Shown: positions 27,221 through 43,654 of the stretch, piece after piece
Layout: each line of letters starts with the position of its first letter
How positions within the stretch are numbered: position 1 is the stretch's first letter
Source: Psilocybe cubensis
Lineage: Eukaryota
Direction: 5' to 3'
Length of the DNA stretch: 64,000 nt
NCBI GenBank assembly: GCA_017499595.2
Contig: CM039002.1
Location: forward strand, 868,001 to 932,000
Translations under genes and position numbers: made by a program
The notes under the pieces: model-generated
The model's database searches: none
The model's input: the letters and a program-made list of their open reading frames with translations, nothing else
Told to the model about the DNA's origin: nothing

Positions 27221-27719
27221 CCTCTACTCACAGGCGCACAATTCGAACTTGTCCAAGCAGTTTTAATAAACATGGAGCATAAAGACAATGTTCAAGGAAA
27301 GAATGTTAGTCACCTAAGATGGGTTTAAGTCCGAAAGGCACAGGACACGGTCAGCTTGCCGATTGCCGATCCCTAACTATATGGAGAAATGTTCATGTGG
27401 CGGTGCTGGCAGTGGTAAGCCTTTGGTCAAAATATTTTCGGTCAGCTTCTTTTGTCAGCAAAATCCAACTCTATTTAATTTTTACCCCTACGCCTACGAA
27501 GCAACTCGGCACAAAAAACACAATCGTCGTTACCTCCAATTATTATATGAATCAAAGAAGGCTGTGTTTTTTTTCCTTTTAACAAGGGACCGAAGGATAC
27601 TGTAAGTTAGGATTGGTGTAAACTTGACCACTTTCAGAATAAATTACCGACATATCAGGCAAAATCTGGGCCTGAATTCTAAAATCCGTGCGCAGGATTT
27701 CTCAGAATTTACGGATTTA

Positions 27720-28311
27720 AGATTGGGCTCATCAGAAACCAGCACCCTTACGTAATCAATGGGCTTGGCGCCAAGAGCGGCCAAAATCCAGCTCGAAAAA
27801 AAAATCAAAAGTTATGTTGACGGAAAATGGTTTCAGACAAAAAGTTTAAAAAAAAAAAATTCATAAATGTGCATATACAATCCTTACTACTAGCCTTTAT
27901 GCCCACAATAATAGAATTACACCTCAGAGGTCAAATTGTAGTCTCTGGAAGTCCATAATGAGTCTGAGAGGTATTACTTAGGCGTGACTTATTGTCACGT
28001 GTGGTCACGTGTACCATTATATAAGCGGCCAAAAGAACATTGTCAAATTTTCGAAAATCTCCCAAACTCGAGAAAACACCATTTCTGACGTGTTAGACTA
28101 AAAAAAAAGGAAAAAAATTAAAATCTTTATAACTTCTTGAGATCAAAATTTTTTTGAAAAAAAAAACCACAGATGTGTTCAAAGAAGCATAACCTACATA
28201 TCTGTGGTTCAAAAATGTAGAATAGTGTGAGTGCAGAAGGGTTGAAAAGGTTCGGAGGTAAGCCAACTTTTGCTTACCTAAGGGGGTGCTGGTTCCTGAT
28301 GAGCCCAATCT
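27720..28311. mobile_element. MITE, about 592 bp, about 40-bp imperfect TIRs, TA target-site duplication (Tc1/mariner-like)
   Basis: Left AGATTGGGCTCATCAGAAACCAGCACCC--TTACGTAA versus reverse complement of right end AGATTGGGCTCATCAGGAACCAGCACCCCCTTAGGTAA. TA at 27718-27719 and 28312-28313. AT-rich non-coding interior with poly-A/T runs. Confidence 0.82.
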
Positions 28312-29401
28312 TATAAAGGACACCAGTGAGAAATCTTATTCAACCAGAATTCCACAAATCTGAAAGTCAGCATAACCTAAAAATACAGGGTCAAAGAGAA
28401 TGGGTTATTAGATTGACTGTCTTCTAGGTTACAAACACCTTTACGGCGACTTTGAGATTAAAAGGACCAAAGTGAAGAATACGCACAGAACCTTACCCAT
28501 TCTAGTTGAAATTCAGGTTCTTTTGCTGCGGATTTACGGTAAAAAGACGTAATTTGCGCCCAAGATAACGATTTTTTGGCCTGGATCAGGTCTAGACAGC
28601 TTACTCCGATTTTTACACCCAATACATCATTTGCCTGGGCTTGCTCACGAAGTCAGAACCCTGTGAGAGTACCCATTTCTCGGGTATAAAAAGAGCATCT
28701 TATACAACGAAGTTTAGATGTGGGGCCGAGATTAAAGTGGTCTGTCATTAAAATATGCTACGTCTAAGAAAAGCGATGAAATAAGGTTGCATTGGCAGCA
28801 CAACGACGAGGCAACAAAAATATGATTCGGGCAGGGGGGCAGGGCATAGAAAGCGAAGGGACGGGTCCGGGGAAAAAGAAGCCAGGGGAAAAGAGAATAA
28901 ATTCTATATAAGAACCGTCCAGAATAAAAACACGATCGCTTGCTCTTTCTTTCTTCGCATAACGAAACACTGCCGAGAACTTGAGGATCGGATAGATTAC
29001 GCCTCGCCCGGACATGACGAGCGTCGTGAAAAGAAGTTGTGCATTGATTGAATGATGCCGAATGTTTTTTGAAGGGTTGGTTGAGTGACGTCGTAGTCCG
29101 AGGTGCATGATAATGGAAAAATAGGGAAAGGGTTTCAGATGGCGGTTGCGGGGACGGTGTTGCAATTGGGGGTATGAATGATAAATATTGTGGGGTCGTA
29201 AAGTATGATGCGGGTACGAGATGTGTTAAAAGCCAAACGGTTCTAAATGATAGCCAGCAAAAGATTGGAACCACGAGGTGTTGCTTCCATATCGTCATGG
29301 GCGCGTTATCCTATGTGTACAGTTTCAATTGGCGGTCCTCGAGGCACCAGAGCAGTCGTATAGGAGAGGTAAGAGGAAGGAGCAGGTATCGGCTAAGGCC
29401 T

Positions 29402-30031
29402 TCAATGGGCGATTGACGAGGATCGAAGACCTTGGGCTAGTTCAGCCTTCCACTCAAGACGCTTGACGGCTTCGGCATAATCGACCCATTCTCGGCGTCG
29501 TTCGTTACGTTCGAGCCAATCCTGATCGAGGCCTACAACATCGAGCTCGTAGAAATGATATATAGCCGACGGAGTCGGTATTGTGATGACATAACGTGTG
29601 ATTGTACCACGCACACCCGCTGTTTGGAATGGAGAGAGGGGACAGCAGAGGGGGAGCAGGAAAAGAAGAGGAGACGAGAATCAGGAAGTGAGGAGACGAA
29701 TAGAGGAACAAAGGGTAGGACCTTCTTCCAGAGCCTCCCTGGAGGCTGCGGCTTCCAACTGCACATCCGACGTCTCCCAACCACCCTTTGGCACTGCGTG
29801 TTTCAGAGAAGAAAGGAACAAGGCAAAGTCAGTACATCAAAGGGTAACGAAACGAGAAAAGGCAGGTCGAAGGCAGAGAGTGCAAGAAAGATGTCAAGGA
29901 AGATGAGACTCACAGACCCAATTATTGGGGCGTTTTCGACTAGTGACGACGAGTACTTTGCCAGCAGCTCGTGAAATGGGTATAGCACAGCACACGACAC
30001 GCGGTGTAGCACGACCTTTATTAGGAACCAT
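29402..30031 (-). CDS. Nudix hydrolase, diphosphoinositol polyphosphate phosphohydrolase (Ddp1/Aps1/DIPP) type
   Basis: PRVVCCAIP..VLVVTSRKRPNNWV|LPKGGWETSDVQLEAAASREALEE|AGV (Nudix box)..DWLERNERRREWVDYAEA; 3 coding exons. Confidence 0.9.
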
Positions 30032-30607
30032 GGCACACGACTGGGAGTCGGAAAAGGGTTCTGATTGAAGGATTGAACAAAGAACGACTTTGAGAGAACG
30101 TTCACAAGTTCTTCATGGGCTGAGGGAAAGATCAGAGGGCAGTAATGGACAACCGAGGACAGTCGTGGCGGAATAAGCGCGTTTTGGTGGGAAGATGGAG
30201 GGGAAATGGAGAATTATGGGTTCTTGGACCACAAGAATAGCGTCTAGATGAAATATAAAGCTTGTAAGGCTTGCAAGACTATTAGTGGTGGAGAGGGAGA
30301 TGAGAAAGGACATGTATGAGAAAGAGAGAAGAGCAGACCTGTATTCCTCTGTGAGACGGTTGTGGGAAGAAGAGATATTAGTATATGTAGCAGTGCGTAA
30401 GATTATTTGATGAATACTGGTTGGGGGTTAAGTAGAGAAGGAGAAACTGACCAGGTCCATCCGCCGTAAAATTACGTTGTCCGTCGCCAAATCTGGCCAA
30501 CCCGCCACTTGATAGACTCACGCACGTTCTTCGCTATTTCCCGGTCCGTGCCGTCTCGGCTACATGCTATCATTACTCAAGTTCAAGTGCTACAGACTAC
30601 TATTATT

Positions 30608-32770
30608 CTACTCGTTCCACCTTTAGACCCCGTATTCAGTCAGATATCATATTTATTTCACAGTCAGTCTACTCACGCGACCAATAACATGCACACGACC
30701 CCAAATGCCATCGCAAGGAACTGCAAGATAACAGCCGTTACTCTTCCCGAACCTATCAGAAATAATCTCCACTTGCCTCTCGTATCGCCTGTTTTGCGCT
30801 CTTGCTCTCAGCGAGCAGTCTGCATCAATGCACCATGAGTAAATCGAACCCATTAATCATGACGTCTCCACGCGGCAAATAAACCACCACTCAGAGCGGT
30901 GTTATCAATAAACAAGGGTCATTCGGAGTGTCTAATCCACACGAACACCCAGAACGCGGGAATCCACTCGTCATTACATCATCAAAAACCACTCACGTTG
31001 GTAGAACCGCGACTGCACCAATGTACAAGAATCCGCCTGCGACGAATGGTATAACCTGTGTATCAAAGCCATCGTCAGAAATTCCTCGTTCTAAAACCGC
31101 TAACAAGGGCTTGGCTGACCAGGTCAGATAGTTGAAGTGTTGTGCCGAGCAGACCGGTGGCGTCCTGGCGCACGCCTGCAGCAAGGTCAACCGCATGAGA
31201 TGCTGAATCAGTAGCGGTGGCATTGTGTACCGCAATCCCGATAAAAGTGCTGATCGCATCAGACTATCAGCAGGCACACTCTGGACTCATAGAGTATTCG
31301 ACTTTACTTACCCGACCTATAAACGCGTGCCCAAATGTAGACAGATCAAATGTCAAGCATCGTTCAAGTAAAGTTTAGACGAAAGTCTGGTATAAGACAA
31401 ACGTTGACTTACAAATGCCCCAACAGCAGTCAGGAATTGGGATTGCATGGCCTGCTTTTTCGTGAAGCCGCTTCGAATTAGAATCGAGTAATCGGCAATT
31501 TCATGGGGTATCTCGTGAGCAAAACAGGCCAATGTGGTAGTTGCGCCGATCAAAGGCGAGGCATAAAACGATGCAGCCATTCTGTTAAGCGATGAACGTG
31601 CAGACCAGAGGTTGTAAATGAAATATATCGCGTATCGTTGAATTCAGGTACGCACGCTAATCCGTCCGTACTTTCGAAAAAAAAAATGACTCATTAATTT
31701 AGGTACGCAACAAAGAGCCAATAAAATGCTCACATATTATGCACAAAGTCTCCAAACAAATTAAGGTATGCGGATAATTTAGAAGGGCCACTAATTGATT
31801 GAGGTTCTTGCTGCTCTGAAGATCCATTAGTATCGTCAGATTTTCTTTTGCGGACGCCGTTCTGCGTCGTAGAAGGCGAAGCTACTCCTGATGCTTTCGA
31901 GGCTTCTGGTTCTATATGTGAGTGTGAATGGGAGTGAGAATGGCCCGGTGCGTCTTCTTCGCCGCCCAGGACCCGAAGGGTCTTTTCCATGAAGAAGAAC
32001 GTAGCAAAGCCAATGAATATACCAAGTCTGGAAAGCAGGTGAAAATTCGTAAATCCTTTCAGTAGGAGGGTCCGTGAAAGGAATTTACCCGATGAGAATA
32101 TTGCGCTTTTCTTCGACAATGATGATGTGAACACCATTGCCTGTGTGCTCTCCCATGAATGAGTGTGGGACCAAATGGAGGAAAACATCTGAAAGTAGGC
32201 CTCCCGTCTGCACATGTGCGCTTTCAGAGAGTGTGAAGGAATTCGGGGTGTAGGCAAGCTTACGGCGAAAGCTGTCATGGTATTGAGGGTATTGGCATTG
32301 ATTTCGGCGGGGATAAATGCAAGTATGAAGTTAGGGACACTGTAAAGACGATAGCACGGTCACTAAACTACGCCATGGGATATTTTGCAATATAAATTAC
32401 ACACGAGCTGATGTAGAAGGTGCCTAGAATAGAGTTCCATGCTGGACCGAAGGGAAACAACCAAGAGAATACAGTGCGCATAATTGGCGATTGTTGCTCT
32501 TCCATTGTCTCCTTGAGCAACGCCAACTTTTGTACAGGTGCACACCCTTGAATATCGTCATCCTAAAACACACACGATGTGTTATTTCCCCCGTCGATTC
32601 AAATAGAAAGAAGTAACCAAGAAGTAACGCACATAAACCGATAAGATATGACTGGAACTGTTACTCTCTCCCGTTACTTTTGCATTGGATGCATATACAT
32701 CTAGAGATATTAAAGACAAAAGAGCGACAAGAAATAATAGGTTGTTGGTGCGGGGCGACATCACAGTCAT
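30608..32770 (-). CDS. ZIP-family zinc transporter, Yke4/ZIP7 (KE4) type
   Basis: N-terminal signal-like segment; GGLLSDVFLHLVPH; His-rich loop GHSHSHSHSH; YLNLFGDFVHN|ITDGLA; CFAHEIPHEIADYSILIRSGF; PFVAGGFLYIGAVAVLP; ends LVAWNE*. Confidence 0.93.
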
Positions 32771-32960
32771 AGACGAGTTCAGGCGCGTCCTCACCGCTCG
32801 TCACTCCCCTGAAACGCGTGGTAATTATTTTCCGCTTCCGAGCACCATCAATTCACGGCTTCTGAGAACCATGAATCACGGCACTGCACATTCTCTGACT
32901 TGCTACAACAATCAACTTGTTTATAAAATCTTTTCTATTTCTTGAGACCCAGCACACAGG

Positions 32961-34027
32961 ATGTACCCCAATCTTCAAGAGAAAGCTGTCGTTGACGCCG
33001 CAGAGAAGATCATGATAGAAACAATGAAGAGGTACGACCCTTCACACGACAGACACCATGGTGAGCACATATTCGTAATTGTTATTCAAGCCACCTTGAA
33101 GAGGTTCTTTATTCTCCAGTGGAACGAGTTCGTAAAACTGCCCTGTCGTTAGCACGAAACATAAACCCTACCCCAGATCTGTTGATCGTAGAAATCGGCA
33201 TGTTTTTTTAGCTGGCACTGCCCATATTGTGATCCTCAGAATCATTGACATCTGTCTTCCAGCTGCATTACTGCATGATGTTCTAGACAAAAAATACGTG
33301 TCTCCCGAAGAGGCTGCCGATCCTTATAATTTCTTCCTACCCTTTTTTCAGGAGATGTCTGAACAACATGGACTCGATCTGATCCAGGATGGCAGGGCCA
33401 AAATTATAACTAGGGTAATTGAGAACGTTTCGTGGACAACTGAAAACAAACTCAGAGCTGCCGGTGAATGGTCAACTTGGCACGACCAGTGTGTGGAGCT
33501 TCATTGTGTCCAAGACGCGGATAGACTCGATGCTATAGGCGCTTTTGGTCGGTTTTCATTATTAAGCATTCGATTGAGTTTTGGCTTTAGCTGGTGCTTA
33601 CCAAGTCCCTTGGACTGAATTTCCATAGGTATCATGAGGTGTGCTGCATATGGCACTGTGATAAATCGGTAGGTCTAAAAAGACTTGTATGCTGTCTCCG
33701 TGCCATTCGGTTTAATATTGACTTCGTCACTTTGCTCAAGGCCCCTCCACACGGCTCCCGGCGACCCCGAATATGAGCATGCAACCATACACCATTTCTA
33801 TGATAAGTTAGTGAAAATTCGCGACCGACTCAAAACAGTCCCCGGAAAAAAATTAGGGGTCAAACGGCACCAAGTGGTCAGTGACCGACGCATTTATGGC
33901 CACCCATCCCCATCATTGGCTAATGTGTTCGAAAACCTTTATCGATATCATTATCAATCTATTTTTATCACAGCTCTTGGACTTCCTTGCTTCTGTAGAC
34001 GAAGAGGCTGGCGGAAAAATAGAGTGA
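32961..34027 (+). CDS. HD-superfamily metal-dependent phosphohydrolase (YedJ/YGL101w-like)
   Basis: YDPSHDRHHVERV, ALLHDVLDKKY, CVQDADRLDAIGAFG, HFYDKLVKI motifs across GT-AG introns. Confidence 0.88.
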
Positions 34028-34691
34028 CAACTTCAAACACACCCTACATCTTTTGGAATCTATTGGGAGGAGTCAAGCTGAAAATATAGGCAATTTATCA
34101 CCCTGAAGTATGCAGACTTTGTGAAACGAGGACCTATAAACAATAGATGCGTTTTAGAGTTCTGACGGCCAGGTACATACTCAGCGATTATGGATGAAGT
34201 GTCTCTTGACATTTAGACTGGCGTAGAACAAAATGGTGGCTAGCTTAATCGGTTTAATTCAAAAACGAAGCCTAGAGATGTTTGTTAGCTACACATAACA
34301 CATTAGCAATACTCTTTTATGTACAATGATCGGCGGTCGGTTTTCGGAAAAGACTGATTAGAAGCAGTCACCGTAATCAATGGGGTCATATTTGCAAAAA
34401 TATATAGTCCAGGAACTTGGTCTGTGCCAGTGGCAAGATAGACTGTGCCATGATCTCACAGATCTGGCAGAAGCTTTTGAACGCCATAACAACATACCGA
34501 GCGCTAATATAGTAAAGATGTTTGTCATGACAGAAATCCTACGGTAATATGTATTTCGCGAATCTCATAGAATCCGGATTCATCTGGTAGCAGATGGAAA
34601 TCCCTGTGGTGTCAGGTTGGCTGTAACCGATGATTAGGATGGTAATACAAGAAATACATGTCTGAAAAATTGTAACGGTGTCTGGGAAAGC

Positions 34692-36289
34692 TTAGTCGAA
34701 TTCCGACATATCGATATTATAAAAAAATTGCTGTGCGATAGACTTTTAAGTTGCAAATATTTGCGACCTGACGAATAGGAGCATACCTTGTACAAACTCA
34801 TCACTTTTACCACCCAAGCCTCGAGGTGATATATTTTCTTATTTCCATTTCGCATACGGACTTCCTGGTCTCGGAGTGAGTAAGTTCTATATAAAAGTAC
34901 AATCCCTCACTGACGTAAAACGCTGCCCAATGCATGATATCTGCTTTCAAAGATTCATCAACTTTGTCAACAACTCTTTCGGCCACAGTCTAGAAGGTAT
35001 AAATTAGAATACTATAACGGATCATGGTATTACAATTTACCTTTAGAATGACAGTCGGGGGTATACAATGGCTCAACAATTCATAAAATTTCGTTCTCAC
35101 TTCCATAACCCTGGCCGGGGACTGCTCTGAGACGATCAAATCCGCCACTTTGTGACAATACACTTCCCAATCAGGCTTGGCTATTGATAGAGGTCCAGTC
35201 AAATCTGGTCTAGTATCTCCAATAGTTATTGTATGTAAACAGGGGGAAAGCGGCAAACTCACGACTGCATCTTCAGAGCTTCAAGTACGAGAAGAGCTTT
35301 TCTTAGATTTCCGTTGGAATCTTCCACAATTTTGGTACCGGCCTCAGGGGGAAGATCGAAGCCAACGCGTCTGGCCACGCTCTGCAGTACTGCTAGCATC
35401 TGCAACGCTTGTTAAAAACGTTAATAAACCAAACGAATGTAGCGCATTGCACCTCATCTTCACTGGGAGCAGCTACGCGCATGAGCAAACAACGACTTTT
35501 GATTGGGGCGATTAGACGACTTGTGCTATTCGCACAAAGTATAATCCTCATGTTTGACATGTACTTCTCCATTGTTCGGCGAAGAGCAGCCTGGGCATCT
35601 CTTGAGAGTGAATCAGCTTCGTTGATGATGACCACTACAGATATGGTTAGAGTGATGAGCAAGGAAAGACTGATTTAAATCACCTTTGAAACGTTGCTTT
35701 GCACCCATGTCCACTTGTTGTGTCTGTGCGATTTCTTTGAGCAATTCCTGAATTACAACTCGGTCATAGTTGCCAGCCTCGCTAGATCTTCGCGTCAGGG
35801 TTTCCCATAGGTATAGGCTGGGTGTTATTTACCTCGGTGTAATCTCGATGTGATAGTTGCTCTGTACAATGTTTATTTCAATCTTCCGCTTCGAAGGTGA
35901 GAGAAACACTCGTTGGTCAATTTTAAGCTATTCACAAGGTGAGCAAAGGTCTTCATATATTGGAAAAGCACACACCTTCTCCACCCCAGAACCAAATAGT
36001 TGCTTTAGCGTACAACTGATACGTGTCTTCTTTCCGGCGCCTGAAGGACCATAGAAAAGCATATGTGGAAAGTCGCCTGACGCAGCCTTTTTGAAAATCA
36101 GTTTGAGTTAAGGCCGGCAGCGGGTGTCATACCAAAGCTTTCAGACGCTCTGAGAGACCGTGGTGATAGCTGAGTGCATCCAAGGACCTTGGCCTGTACT
36201 ATAATCGGCACTGTGAGTTGGTGCACGCGACGACTCACGACCATTAGAAGTCGTCAATTTACTCATACCTGATCGACCCACAAAGACAT
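34692..36289 (-). CDS. RFC5: Replication factor C small subunit (yeast Rfc5 / human RFC3 ortholog)
   Basis: MSLWVDQYRP; DFPHMLFYGPSGAGKKTRI; VVIINEADSLSRDAQAALRRTMEKY; IKSRC; YELLSHCIPP; RMRNGNKKIYHLEAWVVK. Confidence 0.95.
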
Positions 36290-36901
36290 GGTAGAAATAA
36301 AAGATGTTGGATGGTATGAGTTGAGTCCACGGGGACAATCTTTTTGGTTTTGTTCGGTAGTGGATTAGTGGATGTGAGAAACTCAAGTTCAACGAAGCTG
36401 GCACGGCCACTGGCACTGGCACCCAGTGACACGATTGGACGTTAGCGTGACACAAAACACGTTACATAACGCGTTGAGACGTCACTATTCACCCCTTTTT
36501 GGTATTACTTGTAGTTCATTCACTAATAAATAACCAATTACTTTCCTCACAAATATGTACTGGCGCCAGCGGTGTTCATTGAATCGCAAACTTGAAGGTC
36601 AATCGCCATTCTAGGATCACTTGAATGATTTGGATACTTGAGTGACTGCTAGTAGGCTGTTGTAAGAACCGTATTCTCTTGAATATCATTGTTAAACGTT
36701 AAATGCCAATACCTGAAAAAATGGCCTACAAAATTTTGACAAAACTAGTTTGGATATGGCGATGAAAATCTTGGTTCTCTACTCTGTATGGAGTATAGCT
36801 ACACTGATATCTATTCTACAGGCTACTAATATGTCATTTACACAATACTTTCCTAGCAGCAAATCTAAGCAATTCTGAAACTTCAATTTTCATGTACAAT
36901 C

Positions 36902-39630
<2,729 letters not shown>

Positions 39631-39945
39631 TCTAGCTAAGTGTGGAATAGTGAGAAGAACAAATGGTAGCAAACCATGGCATCCTACACCGGCTACTATT
39701 TATTAGAAGGGAGCTGCACCCTGAATATTCGATTGGGGCGAATTCAAACCGGCCTTTGCGGTCACGGCACACCAACACGGGTTGATTATCTTCCAAGGGT
39801 CATAAAGTTCCTGCTAGCTTAACGATATAAGGGCATCTTTTATCGGACTCGGCAACTCGGATGGATATCTCGCACGACAGGGTCGCGCTGTGACAAGAAT
39901 TGTAGTTTTATTTGAGCTTACGATAACTAGTGGCACATGCATAAT

Positions 39946-42702
39946 TCAATGCGTGGTCACTCCAGCTATGCCTAGATCTTCTGCTATAATGACAGCCGCC
40001 TTCTCGCCGATGGCAATTGCTGTATTGTAGGTGTTGGCTCCGACATTGCCTGGACAAATGCTACCGTCTAATAAGGTAGTGATTACATGTAAGCACAAAA
40101 AGGCGCTGAAGTCATTTCAACTTGCCTGCAACTTTAAGGCCTTCAATTCCATAAACATTCAAACGCTCGTCGACGACGCCTCCTTGTTCTCTTGGTTTCA
40201 TTGCACATGTACCGAGCTATGTAGGGAATTAGTCAACCCAGGCTTCCTCTAGCAAACATCTGAATCGTACGGAATGCCAAGTGGTCGTAGCTTGATTATC
40301 AAGCGATCAGTCAGACAAGTCGTTATCAGTGTGATAAAAGTGCATACCCTTCTCTCTAGTGAACTGGTCGATAGCGTCATCATCTTCCTTGGTATACACA
40401 ATATCAGGTTCTGTCAATGCTACAGGGTTGGCTGACTGCTTGGTGGCAGCATTGCTTCCCGCCTTGAATTTAGGGTGCTCGCTAATGAGCTCGCCTCTAT
40501 AATGCTTCATCCGGCGGGAGAGTTCTCGAATTTTCTTGTAGCCCCATCTCAAAACAACAAGGTCTGCCGCACTTTGCACGCAGTTAGCTAAATGTAGCGT
40601 TTAAGATGATATTTCAGCGTACTCGTCAAGATAACCTGGATGGAAATCAGATTGGGCATATGGATTATTCCCTGAAGTGATATGGACGCTGCCAACCGAA
40701 GCAGGATAACCCTATTAAACAGTTTCAATGCTTCTTAGCATATGTGAATGTAGTATTGATCCAAATTGCATACCAAAAAATATGCCATGGTGAAATATTT
40801 TCCAGTCGTAATTGAAGGATCCGGGCCGACATATCTATGAGAAAAAGTTGGAAAACCTCCTATGGCAAGAAAATCCAGAGCAGAACACATACGCCACAAC
40901 AGGAAGAAGTAGCAGAACAGGACGATCGGGAACATCTGCATAGTAAGTTGTCCAGATTTTGTCAAATTCTGGTGACATAGCCGCTCTTTCTTCTGCATTG
41001 GGTTTGAACTTGATACCCGAGTCAACAGAGCTACAGATCCCAAGATTGGTTTCATACAAAAACAGGACTGAAGAAAAAAATCACTTGTGTGACATAAGAC
41101 CTTTCCCGTCGTTTAACCATTGTTGGGCATAAACTAAATGAAAAAGATACGCGGTTTGAATCAACAGGAATGCGGAGAAATTTGACTCCGTACCGTTTAT
41201 CTCTTCCTCACTTCCATGAAAGATGGGATCAAGAGTATCAGCATCAGGAGTCGCTGCGAATGGTAAAAATATCCCGAAGTGATCTATAATGGCGTACGAT
41301 AAGCATATAACAATCTCCTCAAACAAAATGACATGTACCAAGGTAATTTTCACCAACACCTGGTAGATCAACCAAAACCTCAACACCGGCTTTCTCCAAA
41401 ACGGATTTTCCACCGATGCCTGATCTTTCGAGAATGGCTGCGGATCCAAAGGCACCTGCTGAAAGAACAACAAGACGGGATGCTCTTGCGGTCAATAGCG
41501 TGGTAAGTCCTCCACTGCGTCCTATAACATCGCTAACGTATTGGACTCCAACAGCACGCTTGTTTCTGGAGAGATCGTGGAATCATCGATAAAAAAGAAT
41601 TGAACTATGTATGTAACTTACTCGAAAATGACACGAACGACTTTGTGTCTGTCCAGGACTGTCAAGTTAGTGTTGGGTTCTTGGTTATAGATGTAATGAT
41701 GCGCAGTATCGGAGCGTCTACCAGTCTCCGCATCAACATATCTAGGGAAGAAATGGTTTGATTTAGACCAGACACTTAGCCATGCACAGCACATTTATAA
41801 TCACCTTGCCCACGGCTAAAGTAGATAGATATACAATGAGTGAGGCACCTCATGGGTCATTGCAATAACAGAACTTACGGCATACTTATCCACTGCCCGG
41901 AATTCATTAGCGTCAGCGGTCAGAGAACGCTGTTTGTCATACGCTCCTGCAACTTCGAGAAAATCATCTGAGACATTCTTGAGATCAGGCGCAAAGGACA
42001 CCTTGATCGGACCGGAGGTGCCATGAGAGTCATTGGTGATCTCCGCCTGATACGTTTCCGCCTGGAAGTGACTTCATTGAAAAACTAGTTTCTACACAAC
42101 AAAATAGGCGAACAACAAACCTTCTTAAGAAGAGGAATGAGATGTTTTGAGCCCCATCCCTTGTTCCCAAATTTAGTTTCCCAGTCGTCATAATCAGATG
42201 CGGCGGCTCGAGTGTATACCACAACTACAATATTTTCTGACATGTTAGAATTTTTATACAATGAATAGGCAAATAACCCGATTCACAATTGACAGCGGAG
42301 CCTCCTCCGACGGCACGGCCACTGGGGACCACTGGTTCGCGACCAAGAAGGGATGGACTGGGTTTTCCTTTATGAAAAGAAAAGACCTCCTTGGCAAGGG
42401 CAAGATTGCTGAAGTAACGTGCAGGTTGTATATGGTCTTGCAATTCTCGAGTATGTGGTCCCGCTTCAATGACCTGAAATAATGCGTTTGGTTTCGTTAA
42501 TTAGTTTGACCTCTGGTGAAGATTACACGCACTAAAATTTTGAGCGATGGATCAGCAGCAGCCAGCCGTCCAGCTGTAATACATGCTGATGCCCCTCCTG
42601 CATCGATGTGTCAGACCTTTAGTATATCTTCAGTAGGTTAAAACGTTGAGCCAAACCTCCTGCAAAGATAATGTCGTAAAGCATCCCTTGAGGTTCCGCC
42701 AT
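39946..42702 (-). CDS. GMC oxidoreductase, alcohol-oxidase-like (AA3_3), copy 2
   Basis: Same motifs as copy 1: YDIIFAGGG, GGGSAVN, TGRRSDTAHHYIY, TTWHSLGTCAMKP, NVGANTYNTAIAIGEKAA; ends GVTTH*. Confidence 0.92.
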
Positions 42703-43654
42703 TGGCAATTAGTAGGCTTGAAAAGAGGTAACAAAGTTTGAGCAAGAAAGCTCTTATCTTAAGTAGATATTCGGATCGATATTAAACTGGTTCTTCAGGC
42801 ATCTGCTTCTTTGGTACACTAATCAAACGACAGGATCGTGGAGTAATCTAAAGCCCACGAAGTAAATATTCACAAGCCTAGCAGCCAGAGGTTATGATTA
42901 GTATGCATTCTCGTGTTGAAAACCGATATTGCTTACCCGTTAATATTGAATTGCGTGTCCAAAAGTACAGGCTGGTGTGGCTTCATACATGTCAGCTGCC
43001 CTTTGTGACAATGCAACCACACGCCTCGTGAGATCCGAATCGTGAAAACAGGGCATATTACATCCCTTCCATCAACCAGGTACTTAAGGGACTTGGGAGG
43101 GGGTTCTTTTAGCGATAATTATTCATGTCTGAGGATAGGACCAAAAGCATTTGCGACTTTTTTCGAGGGGGAACACCAATGCGAACGGGTTTCAAAAATC
43201 GTAGAAAGGTAATTCTGCTGGGCAAATATGATTATGTTGACTTTCGATGCAAAGTAGAATTTGGTAAAGGCAAGGCTGTGAGAAATCAGGTCTTCAGCAA
43301 CTTGACCACATGCGATGCTTGTGTATCGGTGATTACCGAAAGCTCTAAAAAGCGATTTATTAACTCGATCAATGAACAATGTGCTCAAGAATCGGACACG
43401 GCTGAGTTCCGAACAAATACCAGGAGATAGTGTAAAGTAGAAGAGAGGTCAATGAATATTTCTACGGAGCTGTGTACGAGTTCATCTTAACAAATTGCCT
43501 TTCTAAAACACTTTACTGCTAGATCTGACGGCGTGGAATTCAGATGTGGAGCTCATAGGAAAATATGTCTGTTTCAATGCTTGATCTAGCCGACAGCGTA
43601 TAGACGAACAACTCAGAAGAAAAAAACGACACCTAAGCCAGTTATTGAAAGTTT

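Noticed and set aside
28732-29298. 188-aa and 133-aa minus-strand ORFs
   Set aside because: Pyrimidine-rich, F/S/P-biased sequence directly downstream of the Nudix stop; consistent with a 3' UTR.
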